A stretch of DNA of 33,708 bases from Pseudolabrys sp. (GTDB taxonomy: Bacteria > Pseudomonadota > Alphaproteobacteria > Rhizobiales > Xanthobacteraceae): contig JBATYN010000260.1 in the NCBI GenBank assembly GCA_049674125.1, positions 1 to 33,708 on the forward strand. Direction: 5' to 3'. The translations under genes and the position numbers were made by a program. Of this stretch, positions 28,428 through 33,708 are shown one piece after another (position 1 is the stretch's first letter; each line of letters begins with the position of its first letter). The notes below the pieces were generated by a model that ran no database searches, was not told the DNA's origin, and was given only the letters and a program-made list of their open reading frames with translations.

Positions 28428-28937
28428 ATGTCTACGACCCTTATTGAGATTCGCCGCGCGAAGTCCGTCGATGCTACGGACGTTGCCGAGACGCACGACG
28501 AGGCGTGGCGCGCGGCCTATCAGGGTATCATCCCGGGCAATGAGCTCGAAAAGCTGATCAACCGGCGCGGTCCGGACTGGTGGGAGTCGGCTATCCGTAA
28601 GGGCAGCCGCATCACCATTCTCCAGTTTGGCGACCGGATTGCGGGTTACACCAATTACGGACGTAACCGCGCGCGCAGTTTGTTTTATGACGGCGAAATC
28701 TACGAGATTTATTTGCGGCCGGAGTTCCAGGGCCTCGGGTTCGGCCGCCGTCTGTTTTCCGCAGCACGCAAGGATCTCAACCACAGTGGGCTGAAGAGCA
28801 TGGTCGTGTGGGCACTCTCCGACAACGAATCGGCGATGGAGTTCTATCGTGCCCTTGGTGGCCGCGCCGTGGCGCGATCATCGGAACGCTTCGGTGCCAA
28901 GACGCTCGATAAGGTCGCCTACGCCTGGCAGGCGTAA
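28428..28937 (+). CDS. GNAT-family N-acetyltransferase
   Basis: WRAAYQGIIP, IYLRPEFQGLGFGRRL (acetyl-CoA motif A), NESAMEFYRALG. Confidence 0.92.
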   Translation: MSTTLIEIRRAKSVDATDVAETHDEAWRAAYQGIIPGNELEKLINRRGPDWWESAIRKGSRITILQFGDRIAGYTNYGRNRARSLFYDGEIYEIYLRPEFQGLGFGRRLFSAARKDLNHSGLKSMVVWALSDNESAMEFYRALGGRAVARSSERFGAKTLDKVAYAWQA

Positions 28938-28960
28938 GTTTACATCAACAGGTATCTCTA

Positions 28961-29066
28961 GCCTCATGGTGAGGAACGCAGCGAAGCTGCGCGTCTCGAA
29001 CCATGAGGTGACGAATCCCGCCTCATCCTTCGAGACGCCCGCTTTGCGGGCTTCTCAGGATGAGGC
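28961..29066. repeat. Inverted doublet of REP-like palindromic units
   Basis: Unit 1 GCCTCATGGTGAGGAACGCAGCGAAGCTGCGCGTCTCGAACCATGAGG (28961-29008); unit 2 reverse complement GCCTCATCCTGAGAAGCCCGCAAAGCGGGCGTCTCGAAGGATGAGGC (29020-29066). Confidence 0.8.
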
Positions 29067-29951
29067 TCACAACTTCGGCGACGGCAAGCCGTTCTGCGCG
29101 CAGGCAGCGCGCACAGTATTTAGCAACAAGCAGGCAATCGTCATCGGCCCTACACCACCGGGCACGGGGGTGATCGCACCGGCAATTTTCGCTGCCTCGG
29201 CATAATCGACATCGCCAACAATGCGTGTCTTGCCGCCCTCGCCCGGCACGCGATTGATCCCGACATCGATCACGGTTGCGCCCGGTTTGATCCAGTCGCC
29301 GCGAACCATTTCAGGACGGCCCATGGCGGCAATGAGCAAATCGGCGCGGCGGCACACGGACGGCAGATCATTCGTCTTGGAATGAGCGATTGTCACAGTG
29401 GTATTTTCGGCGAGCAGCAATTGCGCGACCGGCTTCCCGACAATATTCGAGCGGCCAATTACGACGGCCTCCAGGCCCGCGAGCGATTCATGCACTGTCT
29501 TTGCCAGCAGTACGCAACCCAACGGCGTGCAAGGCACCAACCCGGACAAGCCGCTGGCGAGACGGCCGACGTTAAGCGGATGAAAGCCATCGACATCCTT
29601 GGCCGGATCAATCGCGGCGATCACTTTTTGCGCGTCGACCTGCTTGGGCAACGGCAATTGCACCAGAATGCCGTGCACTTCCTTATCGGCATTAAGCTTT
29701 GCAATCAGCTCGAGCAGTTCGATCTCGCTTGCGGTGGCGGGCAATTTGCGATCGAAGGCATGCATGCCTGATTCCGCAACCGCCTTCGATTTATTGCGCA
29801 CGTAGACTTCGCTCGCCGGATTGTCCCCGACCAGCACAACGGCAAGGCCGGGCACGATGCCGCGATCGCGGCGCAAACGATGCACGGCATCGGTGACGTT
29901 ACCGCGCAAGCCTGCCGAGATCGTCTTACCATCAATGATGCGTGCGCTCAT
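29067..29951 (-). CDS. folD: Methylenetetrahydrofolate dehydrogenase/cyclohydrolase
   Basis: [50 protein letters not shown]. Confidence 0.97.
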   Translation of the reverse strand: MSARIIDGKTISAGLRGNVTDAVHRLRRDRGIVPGLAVVLVGDNPASEVYVRNKSKAVAESGMHAFDRKLPATASEIELLELIAKLNADKEVHGILVQLPLPKQVDAQKVIAAIDPAKDVDGFHPLNVGRLASGLSGLVPCTPLGCVLLAKTVHESLAGLEAVVIGRSNIVGKPVAQLLLAENTTVTIAHSKTNDLPSVCRRADLLIAAMGRPEMVRGDWIKPGATVIDVGINRVPGEGGKTRIVGDVDYAEAAKIAGAITPVPGGVGPMTIACLLLNTVRAACAQNGLPSPKL

Positions 29952-29993
29952 GGTTCGCTTATGGTCCGCTCGCCCGCTTCGCCAAAACAAGCC

Positions 29994-30314
29994 TTAGCGC
30001 GATGTGGCGACTTTCTCCAGCGCCGCAATCAAAGTTGGGACATCGCCCGCAATCTTGAGGCGCTTGAGGCGGGCCGTGGCACCGGCCACCAGGGTGACAT
30101 CGCGCTGTGGGACAGCCACCGTTTTTGCGATCAAACGGACAAGGCCATCATTGGCCTCCCCTCCCGAGGGTGCGGCGCGCACGCGGGCTTTGAGAACCGA
30201 ACGTCCGTCTGTCAAAATTTCCACGCCGTCGATAGCGTCGCGGCCGCCCTTTGGGGTCAACCGGACAACGAGCGTTATGCCACCGTCGGTCGGCGACCAT
30301 GGCATAACCGCCAT
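29994..30314 (-). CDS. DUF167/YggU family protein
   Basis: VRLTPKGGRD, LKARVRAAP..GEAN, GATARLK. Confidence 0.9.
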   Translation of the reverse strand: MAVMPWSPTDGGITLVVRLTPKGGRDAIDGVEILTDGRSVLKARVRAAPSGGEANDGLVRLIAKTVAVPQRDVTLVAGATARLKRLKIAGDVPTLIAALEKVATSR

Positions 30315-30317
30315 CGG

Positions 30318-30608
30318 CTAGAAAACATTCGGGTAGATATATCTGACGATGACGTTTTCGAGGAACAGGATGATTAAAATGAGAATCACCGGCGACACAT
30401 CGATGCCGCCAAGATTAGGCATCATCGACCGGATCGGTCGTAACACCGGCTCGGTAATGCGAAAAAGAAAATCGGCGATCATCGCCACGACCTGGTTGCG
30501 CGTATTGACCACGTTGAACGCGATCAACCAGGACAAAACTGCGGCCGCAATTAACAGCCAGATGTAAATCTGAAGGACCAAGAGAATGATATCGAGAATA
30601 GCGCGCAT
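30318..30608 (-). CDS. yggT: YggT family membrane protein
   Basis: LSWL, ITEPVLRPIR, GGIDVSP. Confidence 0.92.
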   Translation of the reverse strand: MRAILDIILLVLQIYIWLLIAAAVLSWLIAFNVVNTRNQVVAMIADFLFRITEPVLRPIRSMMPNLGGIDVSPVILILIILFLENVIVRYIYPNVF

Positions 30609-30683
30609 GAGTGTCTGCCTGTTCGCAAGCCTGGCGCAAAGTAGCGGGTCAAATGGCTGCGAACAAGCCGACGCGGCCGCATC

Positions 30684-30713
30684 CTTGACAGGCCATACCC
30701 CTAGCCCTAAATG
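30684..30713 (+). promoter_or_regulatory. Sigma70 promoter of tRNA-Ala
   Basis: CTTGAC-N17-CTAAAT, close to the alphaproteobacterial RpoD consensus, followed by a GC-rich discriminator. Confidence 0.7.
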
Positions 30714-30765
30714 GCGCCCACTCGCCGCATTTTTCGCGTAACGACAACAGTCGTTGCCATTTGGC

Positions 30766-30841
30766 GGGGCCGTAGCTCAGTTGGGAGAGCGCCTCGTTCG
30801 CAATGAGGAGGTCAGGGGTTCAAATCCCCTCGGCTCCACCA
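30766..30841 (+). tRNA. tRNA-Ala (anticodon CGC)
   Basis: 76 nt; acceptor stem GGGGCCG/CGGCTCC with G3:U70; anticodon arm CCTCG-TTCGCAA-TGAGG; GTTCAAATC; encoded CCA. Confidence 0.97.
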
Positions 30842-30889
30842 GTCTTCCACCCGACAGGGCAGCCGGTTGCAACCGCTTACCTAGATCGG

Positions 30890-32365
30890 TCAATCCTCGG
30901 CTTTCTTTGTCCGAAAATCGACGGTCGCCGTCTCAAGCGGAATAACGATTTCGCAGCGCAGCCCTTGCGGTTCAAAGCCAAGCCGGGCGGTGCCACCCAG
31001 TTCGGCGGCGACGCTGCCCTCAATCAATTTGGAGCCGAAGCCCCGTTGCTCCGGCTCAGCGACTGAAGGTCCACCCTGCTCGGTCCAGCTAATGCGCAGC
31101 ATCGGGCGGCCATTTTCAGCGCGCACCGGCTGCCAGTTAATTTCAATGCGTCCGCCGGGCACCGACAGCGCGCCGTATTTTGCGGCATTTGTCGTGAGTT
31201 CATGCACCGCCATCGCCAGCGTCAATACTGCGCGTGGCCGCAAGATCACATCTTCGCCGCGCAGAACAACGCGTTCGGAGCCGGCGCCGGCATAAGGCGC
31301 AAGGCTTCCCGACAGCAGTTCTCGCAAATCCGCACTTTCCCAGTGGTGCATGGTGAGCTGGTCGTGCGCCTTGGACAGGGCGATGAGACGGCCTTCGAAC
31401 CGCTCCCGGAAAGCAGCAGGCGTGTGTGCGCCCCGCGCTGTTTGCGAGGCAAGCGATTGCACGGTTGCAAGCGTGTTCTTCACGCGGTGATTCAACTCAT
31501 CCATCAATAGTTTCTGCCGCTGCTCGGCCGCTTTGCGTTCCGTGATATCCTGCACCACTCGAACCACGTAGCGCAGCTTGTCGCCCTCGTCGCGCACCGG
31601 TGAGGAGCTCACCGACAGCCAGATCACGCGGTTATCCTTGCGGATGAAGCGCTTCTCCACCGAATAAAATTCGAGCTCACCGGCGACCTGCTTGCGAAAT
31701 CCTTCCCGATCGGGATCAGCATCGTCGGGGTGGGTGTGGGTAAATAATTTGTTTGCCAGCAGATGTTCACGGCTAAAGCCGGTGATTGCGCAAATTGCTT
31801 CATTGACGCGCAGGAAATGACCATCGGGTGAAATTTCCGAAATGCCGATTGCGGCATGCTCGTAAGTTGCGGCCAGCCGCTGTTCTTGCTCAAGCGCATG
31901 GAGACGTGAATGTTCAAGCGCAGCGTCCGCACGCTTGCGTTCCGTAATGTCGAGAAAGCAATTCACTGCCCCGACCAGTTCGCCCTTCACATTGCGAAGA
32001 GGATCGATATTAACGGATACGATCAGACGCGTGCCGTCAGCCCGTTCAACAATCCGCTCGACATCGCGTACTGGCGTACCACTCGTCAGAACCTCGGACA
32101 CCATCGAACGCGACACTGGCGCGCCATCCATATCGTAGAAGCGCGCACTTTCCCTGAATTGATCGTGCGTTTGGCCCGGATCCGGGGCCCGCCCCCAGAC
32201 GGCGACGGCGTGACGATTGTACTGAAGGATCGTGCCCTTGGCGTCACAGATGAACGTCGCGATCGGCAGCAGCTCGAGAATGCCGTCAGATGCGCGCAAC
32301 ATCGCGCTCATCACGGACGGAATTTGCCGCACGGAAGAGTGTCCGCGATCGCTGGAATCCACCAT
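30890..32365 (-). CDS. Cytoplasmic PAS-PAS HWE-family histidine kinase
   Basis: Two PAS/PAC repeats (DITERK linkers), ELNHRVKNTL, HELTTNAAKYGAL, WTEQGGP, GFGS; GGAGG RBS before ATG 32365. Confidence 0.92.
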   Translation of the reverse strand: MVDSSDRGHSSVRQIPSVMSAMLRASDGILELLPIATFICDAKGTILQYNRHAVAVWGRAPDPGQTHDQFRESARFYDMDGAPVSRSMVSEVLTSGTPVRDVERIVERADGTRLIVSVNIDPLRNVKGELVGAVNCFLDITERKRADAALEHSRLHALEQEQRLAATYEHAAIGISEISPDGHFLRVNEAICAITGFSREHLLANKLFTHTHPDDADPDREGFRKQVAGELEFYSVEKRFIRKDNRVIWLSVSSSPVRDEGDKLRYVVRVVQDITERKAAEQRQKLLMDELNHRVKNTLATVQSLASQTARGAHTPAAFRERFEGRLIALSKAHDQLTMHHWESADLRELLSGSLAPYAGAGSERVVLRGEDVILRPRAVLTLAMAVHELTTNAAKYGALSVPGGRIEINWQPVRAENGRPMLRISWTEQGGPSVAEPEQRGFGSKLIEGSVAAELGGTARLGFEPQGLRCEIVIPLETATVDFRTKKAED

Positions 32366-32471
32366 CCGCTCGCCTCCGCGAGGATATTGTTCCCCTGACC
32401 GGTGCAACGATCAGGTTGGATAACGATTTGTCAATGGTGCGGTAGATCCGAGCGCGGCGAACGCCAGCCGG

Positions 32472-33179
32472 TCAGGATGCATCTTTGGCAGGCGTGCGGC
32501 CAATCCAGTGGTCGATAAAAGAAGCGAGCCAATTGCGCGACGCTAAATCATGAACCGCCCGGTCGGCGATGTGCTCATGGCGTTGCTTCGCGCCCGGCAA
32601 TTCCATGCGGTGCGCGCCGCGCACGAGCCAGCGATACATCATCGCGTGCGTGACTTCAGGATGAAATTGCAATGCGTAGCCACTGTCATATCGAAACGCC
32701 TGGACCGAAAAAGCATCGCCCTCGGCCAGCAGCTCGCTCCCGGGTGGCAGCTCGAAGCCCTCGCGATGCCATTGATAGACGTGGTCGGGCCATTCGGGGC
32801 AGACCTTCCGCCCTGCCTCGGTCGGGCGGATCGGATAATAGCCAACTTCGGCGTGGCCCTGCGGGTGTGGAAAGACGCGCGCGCCGAGGTGGCGCGCCAT
32901 CATTTGCGCGCCGAGGCAGATGCCGAGATACGGCTTTTTGTCGCGCAGCGGCACGCCGATCCAGTCGATCTCCCGCCGAAGGAAGTCTTCGTTGTCGTTA
33001 GCGCTTTGCGGACCGCCGAAAATTGCCGCACCGGCGTGCTCGTCCATGGTGTCCGGCAACGGGTCGCCAAACCGCGGCCGGCGGATATCGAGGGGATAGC
33101 CTAGCTTCGCCAGCGTCTGGCCAACACGGCCGGGCGAGGAATGCTCCTGATGCAATATGAGAAGGACGGGCTTCAACAT
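32472..33179 (-). CDS. Class I glutamine amidotransferase-like protein
   Basis: GICLGAQ (nucleophile Cys), QFHPE (His-Glu), YQWH. Confidence 0.92.
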   Translation of the reverse strand: MLKPVLLILHQEHSSPGRVGQTLAKLGYPLDIRRPRFGDPLPDTMDEHAGAAIFGGPQSANDNEDFLRREIDWIGVPLRDKKPYLGICLGAQMMARHLGARVFPHPQGHAEVGYYPIRPTEAGRKVCPEWPDHVYQWHREGFELPPGSELLAEGDAFSVQAFRYDSGYALQFHPEVTHAMMYRWLVRGAHRMELPGAKQRHEHIADRAVHDLASRNWLASFIDHWIGRTPAKDAS

Positions 33180-33257
33180 GATGATTCGGCGTGTGACGCG
33201 CGCTGCTGACTACTAACGGCTCTTCCGGCGTTTGCAAATATGATTGGCGGGACGCCG

Positions 33258-33708
33258 CTATGCCTGCTGCGCGGACCTACGCCGGCTTTGCCGGGATTCC
33301 ACTGCGGCAAGGAGGATGCGACGCGGGATGAGACGTATCAGCACGGTAATCACCCAGTTAAGAAAGCCGGGCACGATCGTCCGGTGGCCTTCCATAAGGC
33401 CGTGATAGCCCGCTTCCGCTACAAAGTCTGCCGATTGGGTGAGGATGCTCGGCGCCAAACTGCCATCTTTGACCCCGGCACGTTCGGCAAATTCTGTGGG
33501 CACGGGACCCGGGCACAAGACCGCCACCTTTATCCCTCGCGGTTTAAGCTCACTGTGCAGCGCTTCAGTGAACGACAGCACATAGGCCTTGGTCGCGTAA
33601 TAGATCGCCATGCCGGGGCCTGGCAGAAAGCCCGCCATCGACCCAACATTGAGCAGGCCGCCTTTGTGGCGGGCGAGGCTGTCGACAAAGGCTAGCGACA
33701 ATTCAGTC
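33258..33708 (-). CDS. Short-chain dehydrogenase/reductase, N-terminus lies off the right edge
   Basis: NVGSMAG, YYATK (YxxxK), LCPGPVPTEF. Confidence 0.9.
   Translation of the reverse strand, partial: TELSLAFVDSLARHKGGLLNVGSMAGFLPGPGMAIYYATKAYVLSFTEALHSELKPRGIKVAVLCPGPVPTEFAERAGVKDGSLAPSILTQSADFVAEAGYHGLMEGHRTIVPGFLNWVITVLIRLIPRRILLAAVESRQSRRRSAQQA

Noticed and set aside
31500..32365. LOV photoreceptor domain in the HWE kinase
   Set aside because: No GxNCRFLQ motif in either PAS domain
30766..33708. Genomic island integrated at tRNA-Ala
   Set aside because: No integrase, no duplicated tRNA 3' end in the window and no evident compositional shift

Overview
GC-rich chromosomal window from an alphaproteobacterium, most likely Hyphomicrobiales/Rhizobiales (inferred from gene content, a CtrA box and the repeat family). 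It is mostly housekeeping: leuB, mch, sdhCDAB, argG, lpxF-like, rlmN, typA, folD, yggU/yggT and tRNA-Ala(CGC). No integrase, transposase, prophage or CRISPR array was seen. Notable parts: (1) a class I ribonucleotide reductase operon (nrdAB) behind a clear cobalamin riboswitch. (2) A block between leuB and mch encoding a secreted Met-rich MXKDX pentapeptide-repeat protein, a di-heme cytochrome b and a Tat-lipoprotein MsrP/sulfite-oxidase-family molybdoenzyme, facing an NDH-2-like flavoprotein and a secreted cupin. This is the best candidate for an under-characterised system, possibly a recyclable periplasmic methionine oxidant sink. (3) A glutaminase-STAS-cNMP fusion with a sigma54-like promoter, next to a Pho-box-preceded phoD. 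(4) Unannotated non-coding signals: paired LysR boxes before sdhC, a full CtrA box, a REP-like doublet with compensatory changes and several hairpins. All calls come from motif recognition by eye; no searches were run.
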